From contig MU058844.1 of assembly GCA_013265495.1 (NCBI GenBank), forward strand, positions 5,579,260-5,643,259: 64,000 nucleotides of DNA, given 5' to 3'. Below, piece by piece: positions 40,700-53,439 of the stretch. This stretch comes from Vicugna vicugna (Eukaryota). The notes beneath the pieces were generated by a model that was given only the letters and a program-made list of their open reading frames with translations, was not told the DNA's origin and searched no databases. Each line of letters begins with the position of its first letter. Positions within the stretch are counted from its first letter, which is position 1. The position numbers were made by a program, and so were the translations under genes.

Positions 40700-42700
40700 A
40701 GAGTACAGGTGTTGTTAAAGATCATGGTTAAACAGAACACCTTATACAAGAGTCACAAGAGAAAGAAAAAAATATGAGGCGAATTTAGCCTAGGTTTAGA
40801 ACTAAACAACTTTCGGTACCTAGAGGAGCCCTCCCATTCCAACTTCCAGGCTAAAGAGGTGCTTGGGCATGAATGTATTCTACTTTAAATCAATGTCATT
40901 TACTGCTACGTATTAGAGAAATGTTTTAGAAGTTACCTTGGTTGAATATGACTGTTTTGCTTAACCATATAAATTAAGTTGGTGACCCAAAGACAACCAA
41001 AACTTTTCTGTCACAAGCATCTAAGTATTTATTTGTTTGTGAAATGAGAGTGAGGGCTTAGAGAAACATCTCCGAAAGAATAGAGTCATAAAATCAGAAG
41101 ATTTTGTTGATTCAGACAGAGAAGTCCTTGCCCAAAAATGCTTCTAATAAGCATACGTATGTAACAAAACAAAATCATTTTAAAAACAAAAGACCTTGCA
41201 AGAACAAACCTATGTTGTCTCCAATGTAAGAAAAAAAAGGACTTGGACATAAGGAACAACAAAAAGTAAATAAGAGAAATATTCAGATGTCACCAAAAGG
41301 AGAGATTATATCAATTTATATTACTATTAGAAATATATGATTATGCAAGTTCCATCATAACCATATGAAAATTAAATAGCAAATATTTTCATCCATTCTA
41401 AAAACAAGTTAAAAATAATAGCTGATTTAATAGAAGCAGAAATGACTCAAATCAAATGTACAGTGAGCCTTACAAAGACAGAAACACATCCTCAATTTAC
41501 TTGAGCCCTTTACTGGGTTAAGAAGATTTTCCCTACATTAGATGCCCACCAAAGAGTAAAGTGAATCTTCTCTTCAGGTAGGAAAAATCATGGAGAATCT
41601 TTCCAGTTTTTCCTACACAATATCTGACACTTATGTGTGAAAATATCTCTCAGTTCTTTGTGTGTTTGTCATAAGATTCTGAAGGCCTGCTGACCCTGTG
41701 TCTGTAATATATAGTGGAAATAAAGGCAAGTAGCCGTAAATTGAGTTTCAAGGGATTCCTGTTGAGTTCTAGCCACATAATCCTAACAAATACCTCATCT
41801 TAGTCAGTACACAAGGTTTATCTTCTTTAAATGAGTCCTATGATAATAAAAACTATACAACACAAAATACAAGGAGTTGTATTTAATTATTTAACAGAAA
41901 ATCTTTTAACAGAGTTTACTTTTGATTCTTTAGAGCTGAAGAGAGACCGTTGTGCCAAGAAATTTAAAAGTTGCCAAATACCAAAAAAGAAAAAAATGAT
42001 AACAGACCCATGTAAATAGACATCATTGTGATCTCTCTGAATCTCAGGAATGAATAGAAGATCCAAAAGTTTTCAAGGAGCGAAACAAAAACAAAAAGCA
42101 AAAGGAGTCATTTTCTGAAGAATTGAAGTCAGACCTTCATGTGCTGGGTAAATGCAGTGATTCAAGATTCTCTAATTCTGAAATTCTGTGTCCAGGCAAG
42201 CTGTTATTTAAGTGCCAGAGCCAGATGACTATCATTTTATCTAACATTGCATTCCGTTTACTTCCAAATAAACCTTTTTCTGAAGAAATTACTTAAATAT
42301 ATGATCCAACAGATCATGGTAAAAACCAAGGGAAAATGCATAGCTACAAGAAACAATGAAACTGAAAATTTGGATGAAAAAAAAAAAATTCATGCTATGT
42401 AGAAGACATACAAAACGATTAGTTTAAATTAAATCAGGACATCAGTGGATTCAAAGATGAGTATCATTTCAAGGAAGAATGAACTACATTTAAAGCAATG
42501 GAAAGAGTGACTGAGGAGCAAATGCTGTTAGTAGCATAATGAAAAAAGCATTTGTGCTCCCTCTCAATGAGTCAGGCAGCCGGAAACAGTACATTTATTG
42601 CTGACATGTGAAGAAATTAAAATGTAGAATGATTTTAAACAATTTATACAGTATAAATAAAAGTGACTTATTTCACCTAGATATTAGGAATTTTTTATTG
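40700..42700 (+). mobile_element. HAL1/ancient L1 ORF1-like remnant
   Basis: A-rich, with ORF1 C-terminal-like text (gaaattctgtgtccaggcaagctgttatttaagtg; ccttttttctgaagaaattactt). Highly degenerate. Confidence 0.45.
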
Positions 42701-43139
42701 ATTCAGGGTTTATGAAACAGCTGAATATAAAGAAAAAATTTGCACACATGATTCCAAGCAACAATTAAACTTATATGTGTATATGTGTATTTTTATATAA
42801 TTCAGATATTTAATAAGTAAGTTATGCACACTTAGAATAAAACTGAAGACAAAATAATGAAGACATGTCATTGCAGAATAAAATGTAATTTTCTCAACTT
42901 GATGTGTTTGGTTTTCAAGGAGACATACCCAGTTCATTCTTTAAAATCTACTGGAAATATCTTTTTCTTTTTGAAGCTACTCTGATTTTACCCTCTCTGT
43001 GCTTTCCATCTTGTTAAAATAGTTTCTTCTCCTATTGCCCCGAAGTTCTTTGTTTGATTCTCTAATATCTTCTTAGATTATAGTAGCCCTCTATGAGTTT
43101 TAGATACTCAAAAACTACTCTGTTAAAGTGCTTTTCACA

Positions 43140-43385
43140 TAGGGGTTCTGGATCCAGACTCTTTGGTTTGAATCTATGATCCTCCACATGCTATGTGAAT
43201 TGGGCAAGTGACTGAACTTCTGTGTGCTCCAGTTTTCTCATGTGTAAAATGGGAATAACAACAGTGTCCATAAGGTCGATGTGAGGACTGAATGAATTAG
43301 TACATGTGAGTAGCATACAGCAGTGTCTGACAGATAAATATGCTAGAATACATATTAGCTCTTTCTCTTATGATGACTGTTGTAT
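43140..43385 (+). mobile_element. MIR, well preserved
   Basis: ttgggcaagtgactgaacttctgtgtgctccagttttctcatgtgtaaaatgggaataac ... gtgaggactgaatga. Confidence 0.9.
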
Positions 43386-43449
43386 TATATATTGGAGATG
43401 ACATCCATTCAACTGATTTGCATGATTATAAAACGTACTAATTGATGAT

Positions 43450-43569
43450 CACGGAGACACATACTATGTAGTTTATCACCCAAACAAGGATACTTTTATG
43501 AGTGAAAGGGCTGTGCTATTAATAATTGGAACCAGGTAACAGTTAATAAGCCAAATTATGTTTACCCTA
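43450..43569. mobile_element. MER94-like hAT-Blackjack MITE
   Basis: tttatcacccaaacaaggatacttttatgagtgaaagggctgtgctattaataatt ... tatgtttacccta. Confidence 0.7.
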
Positions 43570-43699
43570 TTAGGCCTTTGTGTTATGCACCCATCACTCT
43601 GCTCACTTTGTCTTTTAATTAATAGGCCTAGAAATATTAACTCAAAGTTTTAGCTACTACCATCTGTCTTCAAGCTTGGGTTACAGCATTCACTTTTCA

Positions 43700-44625
43700 A
43701 CTTTAAAAACGTTTTTCTAACTAATCAAAATGCTATTTCAAAGTGTAAATGACCATATTTCTCTATTTTAAAAATGCTTCAGCAGTTTCTCTTTTCTTCA
43801 GACTCTTCACTGTGACCCTTATGGCCCTCATCATCATCAATATCATCAGAGATTACTATTACTATCTGTCATTAGCAGCAGCAGCAGCAGCAGCAGCGGC
43901 AGCATCTTAGTTCATTTTCCATGTCCTAAGACTTGTACTGAATATTTTATGTGGAATTTTCCTTTTAATCTTCACAAAACCTCATGAGGTAATTGTATTA
44001 TCCTCATTTATGAAACGGAGAAACTGAGGTTCGGAGAGTTTAGACTAATTGCCTAAAATCATACAACTTATGAGAGATAGAGTCAGATTTCAAAGACTGA
44101 TAATCTGATACCAGTGCCCTTGGCATTGATCTTAAGTTATATCACCTCCCCGATAAATGTGTTGATTAAAAGTAAACAACTGTATGATTGAGTGTCTTTT
44201 CTTATCTCCTTTCTGTTGCGTGTCAGCCTCGTTTCCTGCCACTTCCTATGTCATCGTGTACAGTCCAGCCATTTTGATCTTATTTTCTTTGCTCTGAAAT
44301 GCTTCTTTTGCCTTTGAGCTTTCACACATGCTGCACCTCTTCTTGAAGCATTTTGCCTTTCCCAGTTTCCCTGAATAATACCTCATCATCTGTGAAGTGA
44401 TAGATTCGGTGATACTTATTCTGTTATACTTTTCATTATCTCCTCCACTTTTACTTGGTGCCGCATTCTGTTCTTGCAGTCATGGTATTGATCACATTCT
44501 GCTTAAAAAGTCAATTTATATGCCTCAGTCTCCCAACTAGATTGTAGGTACCATGAAGGCAAGTACAGTGTCTGCCTTTTCTTACCACAGAATTCCTAGC
44601 ATGTTGGTGCATAATAAACACTTGA
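43700..44625. mobile_element. L2 (sense) interrupted by an antisense MIR (~43900-44130) and a (CAG)n tract (~43874-43903)
   Basis: MIR: ttaatcttcacaaaacctcatgaggt ... gagaaactgaggttcggagag. L2 tail: tctcccaactagattgtaggtaccatgaaggcaag. Confidence 0.75.
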
Positions 44626-44626
44626 G

Positions 44627-45130
44627 AATGTATGAGAAAACTTGTATCAGATGAAGTTGAGTGGACAGATAAGACTTTATTCAAGACTATTGCAAAGACA
44701 GGGAGGTATTGAACTTATCTCTGCTGAAATACATGGCAGGAGATTTTTCAGAGCTGAGATGAACTGGTGAAAAATGACTAGAGGGTGTTAGGCGGAGGTT
44801 AGTCAATATGATGAGGTCATTTGTGTTTGTAAATAATGCATATTCTTAGGCTCCTACCCTTACCTAGAGAATTGGAGACAGAGGCATCATTTCTCTTGAT
44901 GATTATCTCTTAAGGGAAGACTCTCAAGTCTTTGAGAAAGACATTCCTGGGTTGTAAAATTGGCAAGAGATTAGGAGATGATTTATAACTCAAAGGGCCA
45001 GAAAAATAATTCACAATTGCAAGTTTAAAATAAATGCTCTGAGAAAAGGGAGGTTAGGGGCCTAAAGTCAGGAAAAGACCTATGTAAAGTTTAGTCAAGC
45101 CAAGGGGAATTGTAAACTCACCTTATTCGA
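44627..45130 (-). mobile_element. ERV1 solo LTR (MER67/MER31-group-like)
   Basis: ctttattcaagactattgc (antisense poly(A) signal), gagaaagacattcctgggttgtaaaattggcaag, aaagtttagtcaagccaaggggaat. Confidence 0.75.
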
Positions 45131-45133
45131 GAT

Positions 45134-45743
45134 CTGTTTATCACTGCAGGGAGGGAAGGAAAAAAAACCTTGACCTGAGAAAAAGAATTCAAGTGGAAGA
45201 CTGAAAGCATGATATAAACAAGGATTTTTTTTGGGGGGGGGAGGTGAGAGGTGATATTTTACTTTTTTTTTTTTAATTAAAGTATAGTCAGAGCAAAAGT
45301 CAGTAGAGTACACCTTCAAAAACTGAAGGCAGGCAACCCAAGAGGGGAAAAATGGCCCCACTTCTTTGTTTCTCCTGTCTTACATCCTGGCTTTAAGGGT
45401 GTTCTTGTGATTGACTGATGGCTCACGCCCCTTGAGTGCTCAGGCATGCCCAGTTCCTTTGCGCATGGCCTTGCCGAGGATGCACACAGGAAAAACCTGC
45501 AGGAGGGCGCCCAAACCGCAATGCTGATTACACGGTAAGGAGCATTGGGTTACCTTAAGTCAGGTTCTTCTCTCTACGTGCAGCTGCAGCTTTCAGTTCT
45601 AACTAGCTTCTTTGTTGGCGTTCATTTAGAAAAAGTAAAACTCTCTGAAGCCCCTTATCCTAAGCACAGGCGCACTGTTATTTTCTTGGTTGTTCCTGCC
45701 CCTTCCTCTCCCCTTGCCCAGTGCTCATTTCTAACTGCCTAAG
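45134..45743 (-). mobile_element. Second, CpG-richer LTR adjacent to the first, with a T/G-run insertion at ~45225-45290
   Basis: LTR-like antisense layout (aagaattcaagtggaag ... gattgactgatgg ... gcgcatgg ... ctaactgcctaa). Family not identified. Confidence 0.55.
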
Positions 45744-46640
45744 ATGTATGTGAAATAAGTGGATAATTAACCAGAAAAGTTGAACACTCATTATACACTA
45801 ACAAATTTTGACATGTATTGATAAGGACTGTTACCTGACTTTGTTTTACAGAATTTAAATAAAGTTTTAAAAAATACACACAGGACATTTAGCTTTTTAA
45901 ATATTCAAACTAGTTGTCTTGGTTACATTTTCAAATTATTTTATTCATAAAAAATAAACTAACATTATTATAATATGGTGCTTCACAAGTAGATTGTTTT
46001 AATTGAACATTTTAGTTCTCCAATACTGAAACTTTTATAAATTACTGATGATGTTAAAGTGCACTGTAAATCAGAGACTCAATATAAATATTGTCACTGG
46101 AGAGAGCAAAAATAATTTTATTGCCTGCCAACTGAAGTTCTTGCATATTTTAAATGGTGTTTAATGCTGCTTAAATTATTGTGGCTGCAAAGGACATACA
46201 TACAATCTAATTAAACCTGTGTAATTTCGAAGAAGATAAACTTAGTAGTTACATTAATATTCCTCAAAGTGTCATTGAATATAGTAATTGGTAATGTTTT
46301 CAAAGTATCTCACTTTCATTTCTTATACATTTAAAATTGTATGAATCACCTCAAATATAGGGCAGCAGTTAATTTAGCTAAATTGATCATATTGTACATT
46401 CTTTAAATTATATGGTTTATTTTATTTTCCTTTCCAGCTTTACCCCTGTCTCTCCCAATTCCAGATGCATGTTTATGGAGGTTAATCCCAGACCTGAATT
46501 TCATTAAATGACCGTAGCCATAGTTGAGTTTCTACAGTAATGAGTTCATTGGGCAGAAATTTTGCAAAGATATGGGAGGAGGAGGAGGGGTAAATGTTAT
46601 CTACATTTGAAAGGACCAGATTTACAAATCAGTACTCTTT

Positions 46641-47536
46641 AATGCAATTTTTTTCTCCTTGACTAACTGGGCGTTTATTTGCATGCATTCTAAGTGGCAG
46701 TGGCATGGGAAACTAAGATTTTGTCGTTTTGGTTTAACACAGACTCACCCAGAAAACACAAGTCTGGTTTTGCATGAGAAGGACTGTTAACCTAAAACGT
46801 GAGTACTGTTGATTTCTTTTATTTAATTCTACCGTGTGCTATATAAGACCTTGTGATATGACGTGGCCTTTATTAAGATATGCAATGAAAGTCTTGATTG
46901 AGTGTAATTGTAGACTATAAGAAGGACAGAAAGTAAGAATTGATATGTCATTTTATTGGTGAGTTTAAAGAATTCTAGTAATAGATAACTTTGGAGACGA
47001 TATATTTGTGCTCGTCACTGATACTAAGTATAAGTCAGATAGCTTTGTATAGTTTTGATATTCCAACTTATTTATGGTTGATAAACAATGCAATTTTTTT
47101 CTCCTTGACTAACTGGGCATTTATTTGCTTGCATTCTAAGTGGCAGTGGCATGGGAAACTAAGATTTTTGTCGTTTTGGTTTAACACAGACTCACCCAGA
47201 AAGCACAAGCCTGGTTTTGCATGAGAAGGACTGTTAACCTAAAACGTGAGTACTGTTGATTTCTTTTATTTAATTCTACCGTGTGCTATATAAGACCTTG
47301 TGATATGACGTGGCCTTTATTAAGATATGCAATGAAAGTCTTGATTGAGTGTAATTGTAGACTATAAGAAGGACAGAAAGTAAGAATTGATATATCATTT
47401 TATTGGTGAGTTTAAAGAATTCTAGTAATTAATAGATAACTTTGGAGACGATATATTTGTGCTCGTCACTGATACTAAGTGTAAGTCAGATAGCTTTGTA
47501 TAGTTTTGATATTCCAACTTATTTATGGTTGATAAA
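46641..47536. repeat. Head-to-tail tandem duplication, 445 bp + 450 bp
   Basis: Copy 1 is 46641-47085 and copy 2 is 47087-47536. By eye they differ by 6 substitutions and 2 small indels (+1, +4), with a single C at the junction. Confidence 0.97.
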
Positions 47537-47688
47537 ATATTTAAATATAATCCCTTATTGTTAAGTACTTGGAGTATATATTTAGCATCTCAGTTTTTCT
47601 CTGGATTTTTCCAAATGGAGTAAGGAGTCGGTTAAAGATAAAAGCTTGGTGCATCTTCCTTCCTTGTTCTGTCACGGCTCTGTCTTAC

Positions 47689-47795
47689 TAATTGTTGGCG
47701 TCTCCTTTCCCTGTTTGGCCTCTGATAAGTTGTCTTTGAGAACCTGCTGTTTTGTTCTTGAACTCTGCCATGGCTACAACTGTGAGGTATCAGAA
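47689..47795 (-). ncRNA. Candidate internal exon (107 nt)
   Basis: Minus strand: acceptor ctcttttacttttatttttgacAG (47797-47796), donor TTA|GTAAGA (47688-47683). Contains a Kozak-like GCCATGG at 47771. Confidence 0.4.
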
Positions 47796-49529
47796 CTGTC
47801 AAAAATAAAAGTAAAAGAGCAAGAGGCACAGAGCTTATGAGAGTTAGAGAAGACATAAGGCCTGGGATCGACCGATGAATTTTTCACTGGCAGGTAGTTT
47901 TCACTTTATCCCATTTGCTGTCACAGTACACAGTACCTGAAATAATAAGGGGATTTTTTTTCCCCCAGTAATGGACCATGGGGGCTGGTTGCTTTGTGAG
48001 AATCTGCCAAGGCAACATGCCATGTGGCTTTATCTTTGAAAGCGAGGGTGAAACAAGCTTGCCTGGCTGCAGATAAGCGACTTAGAAGGAATCCTATTCA
48101 GATGTACCTGTCACTAATTTATCTGGAGGTTTCGTGATTCATACATACTGCTCTGTGTGCGATGAAGCATTAAATTGGTTTCCTCTGGGAGCAGGTCACA
48201 TTCAGGGGTCGTCAAACCTATGCCGTGGGATGGAGCATGCTTGATTCATACAGCCTCTTGCTACTGAATTTTTTATCTGTTAGAGGGCTGGTAACTTGAA
48301 CATATGTTAGATGATCTCCTGGAACATTTCAATAGCAAAGGAGTTGACAGAAACTTAACTGTCTATTAATATGCAAGTGTTTGTAATAAAAAATTAATCA
48401 ACATTCCTGCTGTTAGCATAGTCATTTATTCTGATAATTAAGTAGTTATAGATACGTTTCACAATAATGCTCTAGCTCTTGATGAATGTGTTTTCATAGC
48501 TCCCTTATTTATTGAAACAAAGGGATATGTATTTAAGTGCATTAATTTATAGTGGGGAAAAAAATGCAGAGCTGGTTTGAAGCACATCTTACCAAAGAAA
48601 AACTTTAAAAAACAAAGGGTTTTCTCATTTACAATATAGTTTTCTACTTTCTTACTCTCTATATTTTGAAAGAAAATGGCATACCTTGGAAAATGAAACA
48701 TACTGATTCAAATTTGAAAGAAACATAAAAGGAAGAGATGCTTATTTACATGTTAACATTGTGCTGAGAGTCTTTCACAGAGATCTGTTTCTTTTTTTTT
48801 TTTGGATGTGAGGTATTTAGCTAATGCAAAAAAAAAAAACTTTTTCATTTTATTATTCCCATGACGGGGTATATAAAACTAAAATCTAATATGTTCTCTT
48901 GAGTTTTAAATGTGCTCCATTTTGTGTAAAATTAAGCCAATAAATGGCAAAAAGGTAGTTAAATGAAAGCAATCAGTGAGAGCTTTTTAAAGTGTTTTTA
49001 GCATGCATGACAGCAGTCTTAACTGTTGGTAAATTAGCTATATATATAAACCAATATAACTGATATGTTTTCCCTAATTTTTTAAAATTTAAAATTGTTT
49101 CTTATATTCTGTATTGCATTGTAAAACAAACTTGATCATGTCATGAAAGACCAAAAGGAAAACTTCCAACTGGAAGAAAATGATAGCTTTATGCTGCATT
49201 TATACAGTAGAAGTCTTTAGATTTTGTCCTAGTTGTGAAAATTTGGAACATTTAACATAAATTGGAATTTTCCTATTAATGAATTATAGCTACAGCATTA
49301 CTACAGGAAACTACTAGATTATGCATAATTCAGAATATTTAAGTAAGATACTCTTCACATTTTCACAATTCTTAAATTAAACTGTGATCTTAAAACCTTG
49401 TAAGGTCTGCTAATAGACAAGAGTGTGAAGTAAGTATATTTAACTATTATTTTAGAATTTCAGAATACTCTAGTAAGCATTTTTCTGTTTTTGAAGTATA
49501 CTACTGATATATTTATCTATTATTACTGC

Positions 49530-50420
49530 AGATTAAGAGCAAGTTTTGATAAGTTAGTGTAAATTCTACCAAATGTATTCATTTTCAAGATTATTTTAGC
49601 TATTCTTGATCCTTTTCCATTTCATCCTAGAATTAGCTAAGTCTTAAAATGTTTTGATTGAAATTGTTTTAAAGCTAGCATATCAGGAAAAATTGGCATC
49701 TTAATAATATTTAGTCTTCTCATTGTCGACTGAAATAAAATGCACAACCTAAAAGTTGAGAGTTATTTTTTATTCAGCATGTTTTATTAGGACTCGAGCC
49801 TGGGACTTGAGTGATCTGAGATGCTGTTCCAAAGTGGCAAGGTAGAAGCCAGGATATATGAGTTTTTGCAACAAAGACCAGGTAGCTGGGACATGAAAAG
49901 TTTTACTTTCTAATTAAAGAAAACCAGATATCCCAAGTTAAGGAATTTCAGCACTTTTCTATGTATCGGAAGGTGCAAAATTCTGCACTCATTGAAATTA
50001 TTCCTTGGATATGCACCTAGCTATCTCAGGCCAGTATCCTGTTCTTTCACAGCCTGGGTTCCCTCCACTCACTGCGGGGCTGGGGGGGAGGTGGTAGTGG
50101 CTGATGACTTGATGACCACAGCATTCTTTGTTTATTCATACGGCTGGCAGTATTTTTTCATTCACATCATTTGTAAGATGGCGTAGCTCTTCTTTTATTT
50201 AAGTCTTGTTTTATTTCTCTCTGAAGCAATGCATGGTTTTCATAATAGAGATCCCACATAATTTTTAGGTTTAATTCCTATTTAATGTTTGTTGCTGTCG
50301 TTAATGGTAACATTTTAAAACGTCTATTTTTCATTGTTAGTATATAGAAATACAGTCAATTTTATACTGACCTTTTATCCTGTGAGTTTGCTAAATTCAC
50401 TTATTTCTGTAAGTATTTTA
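49530..50420 (-). mobile_element. Old L1 ORF2 fragment split by a solo LTR
   Basis: ttcaagattattttagctattctt ... aattggcatcttaataatatttagtcttctc before the LTR and gtatatagaaatacagtcaattttatactgacc after it. Confidence 0.75.
49724..50166 (-). mobile_element. Complete ERV1 solo LTR (cetartiodactyl MER41-like)
   Basis: TG...CA termini with 4-bp TSD tcat (49720-49723 / 50167-50170). aaagaaaaccagatatcccaagttaaggaatt and gatatgcacctagctatct are typical of this group. Confidence 0.85.
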
Positions 50421-52211
50421 GTTGACATAGCCTAAGTCCTTTTTCTTGCAAGTGTAATCCAAATGTAATTATATTTACCTTGAATTCCTTAGACTGTGAT
50501 TTCCATTCCTTTTAATTTAAAAAGTACATGTCAAAATCTCCATTATATTAATTGTTTTAGTGGGAGAGGGAAAGGTTAATTGATCATGAATACATAAACA
50601 AAAAAATGCCAGGGACAGTTTCTTGGCAAAAAACAATTTAGTTGAAATGCAATTTTTAACAGTGTATTAGGATTGCGGCAATTAAGGTACAGTTAAGCCC
50701 TTTAGAAATATGAGCCCTTAGTCATTTTTGTTTCCTGACTGTAAGTAACAGAGATGAAGCACTTAGCACCTCAGTGTAAATGTGCTTTTTAATTTTTTGA
50801 AAACCAAGACATTTTTAAAAATTTCTATTTGCAGCCAATTCCTTTTGTTGACTGTATTGCCCATGATGATAAATTTAAAGCACTGAGAGGTGCTCAATGG
50901 AATGAAAGGTAACATCACTTTGTTAAAAAGCTTTGTTGAGTTTCTAACCTTAGTATCTTAGTGGAACATCCAGAAGCAACCCATGCTCCCAGTGTTGGTT
51001 TTTTTTGTTTTGTTTTGTTTCCCTAATACAATTATTTATCTTTGGATCAGTTCTGCAAAAAGTGAAATAGAGTTTCCTTTGGCATTTGTTTTCTTGTTAT
51101 GGTTCCTTTATGAGTTGTGTAATTTTAAGTTTCTTGCAGCTAGAGTGCGTTTATTATAAAGATTATTCTCTTCCTAAATAATGCTAAAAACCAGACATAC
51201 TGCTTGGCAAATTAAGTAGTAAATTCATCCATTTAAATCTTGTTTACACTTCTATTGTCAATATATGTTTTTTTAATTCAATAAAGACATTGTTAACTCA
51301 ATAATATTAAGAGTAGGTGACATCCTTTTGGGGAACTACCTTGATAATTCTCAGACATTGCTCTAAATATGTTGAATGAACTATTTGAGACTTCCTTCAT
51401 TGCCATGTTCTCTTATCCTTCTACAGTTTCACATGCATTATTGTTATATTTAGCTCTCCACTGCTTGTCATTTTATTTCATTACTCATTTCTAACTTCTT
51501 TAATGACTCATGTTAGAAGTCGTCTTTTCTGAACTTTTCTTGAACTGTGAAGCCACGGTCAAATTTCCTTCTGGTTGTACCCATAGCATATTGAGATTTT
51601 TTTCCAATAGAACATATTTCAGACTACAATCAGTGCCCCTTGATGCATCTTTTTTTTTTTTTTTGCAACAACATTTTGCAAGCTGGGAAGTCTCTGTTTT
51701 AGAGGTAAATAAGCAACACATGAGAAAAATAAACCCTACACTATCAATGGGGAAAGACAAGAAACAATATAATTGACTTTACGCTGCAGAATTCCCGAAA
51801 GTCTTAGTTATTTGTAGTACGAGGTACCCCTGGTTCGGGGGATAAATGGTGGGGTAAGGAAGAGACAAAAAAAAAAAGAGAGAGAGAAAAAAGAAAAAGA
51901 AAGATTAATTAAAAATGAAGAACTGTTAGTTCTCTAAATATTCTGTGTTCTAAAATCCTAAGGCAGTATCTTCAAATTTCTAATTAAGTCAGAATTTTTG
52001 TTTACTTTGAAATCATATTTTAATTATCTCAATTTCTTCCAATTTTCATTTTCACATTTTTTTAAGTTTGATTTTTGTAATTACAATTCTGCTACACTAG
52101 TTGTAGTATCCTTGGTTTGGATTAACAGCCAGACTCATGAAACACAAGAGGCTTCAACCGGCACCAGATTTACTCAGCTTCAGGAAATAATACACATTAG
52201 GTAACATTAAG

Positions 52212-52430
52212 CAGGGTTGAGACTAGGTTAAATCAAATGAAGCTTTCACTTTGTGTGTAAAATTTAAGGGTACACCAGTCAATTCAGTAAGCTAAATAAA
52301 TTCTATTTCAATAAAATATTTTTAAATGCATAAATTTCAGATGAACAAAAATAATTTAAAAAATATAGACAAGATCAGTATTAATAATTTTTCCTCTGCT
52401 TCAACTCCTGTATGGCTCAGCGAAGGACTG
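52212..52430. mobile_element. MER96/MER96B-like hAT MITE
   Basis: cagggttgagactagg ... tgtaaaatttaaggg ... gatcagtatta ... tatggctcagcgaaggactg, with CAG...CTG ends. Confidence 0.6.
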
Positions 52431-52713
52431 TAATATATTATTGGAAGGTAAATGAGAACAATTTCTAGAAAGTGAAGCAGAGAGACAAAAAACTGAAAAA
52501 TAGAAGAGAAAAAATAAGAAAATTAGTGTCTTCTTCTGAGTCCCACTATCTCAATTACAGAATTTCAAAAAAGATAAATAAAATGGCAGGGGACAGTCAT
52601 CAATAAAATAATAGTTCAATATAGTTTTCAAAACCTGTAAAATATAATTTCCCAGAAGTGCAAGTGTCCACTAAGTACTCATTACAATGGACAAAAATAA
52701 AAGGAATTAAATG

Positions 52714-52759
52714 AAATAATAATAATAATAATAACAATAACAATAATAATAATAATAAT
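52714..52759. repeat. (AAT)n/(AAC) microsatellite
   Basis: Directly visible. Confidence 0.95.
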
Positions 52760-53439
52760 GCTAGTTTTCATTGAGCTTTTTAATACCAGTAGAGTAATTT
52801 TGAATATGCATGATTATTTTTCTTTATGTGAAGATAATTAAACTTACCTACTTTCATCTGTGTTAATCTGTCTGCACAGACGTAAGCATTTGTGATAAAT
52901 ATCATCTGCTTGGTCCCTATCCCTTCTTACACAGTTTCTAATGACAGTGTGAAAGATGTGAAATCTATCTGAGGAAAAATACAATGGCTATGCAAGTGGC
53001 CTGGATGGCAATATTTCAGAGTGGTTAAATAGACACTGACTTAGAAAGTCTTTCAAATAAATAGATCTTTCCAAATGTATAATTCATTGCATGGAATATG
53101 TTACTATTACATGACTGTCTTTTTAGGCCCTCTTATAGCATAATTAACTTGATTATCTAGGGATATATTTAAAAGTGCATCATTTTAGAGTATTAGAATA
53201 TTCAGGTTTCACTGCTCATTTAAAATAAATGTGAATGTTCACATACAGTTACACACACACACATTTTCTCTTAAGTTCCAGAGAAATATCAGGAACACTG
53301 TTATGCCATGAAATTGTACCTAGAATTTCCTCAGTAAAAATTTCTGGAAACATCCCCAGAGAAATGCAAGTCTTTTTAAAACTTCTCTGTTGATGAAGTC
53401 TCCAAATTCGACCTTGCTTTTCTGAATCCTGGCACTTAC

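Noticed and set aside
43874..43903. Polyglutamine or polyalanine coding tract
   Set aside because: The (CAG)n sits at the tail of an antisense MIR with no surrounding ORF or splice sites.
49724..50166. Interferon-inducible STAT1 (GAS) enhancer as described for MER41 LTRs
   Set aside because: I found no exact TTCNNNGAA in this copy; the closest is ttccttgga.
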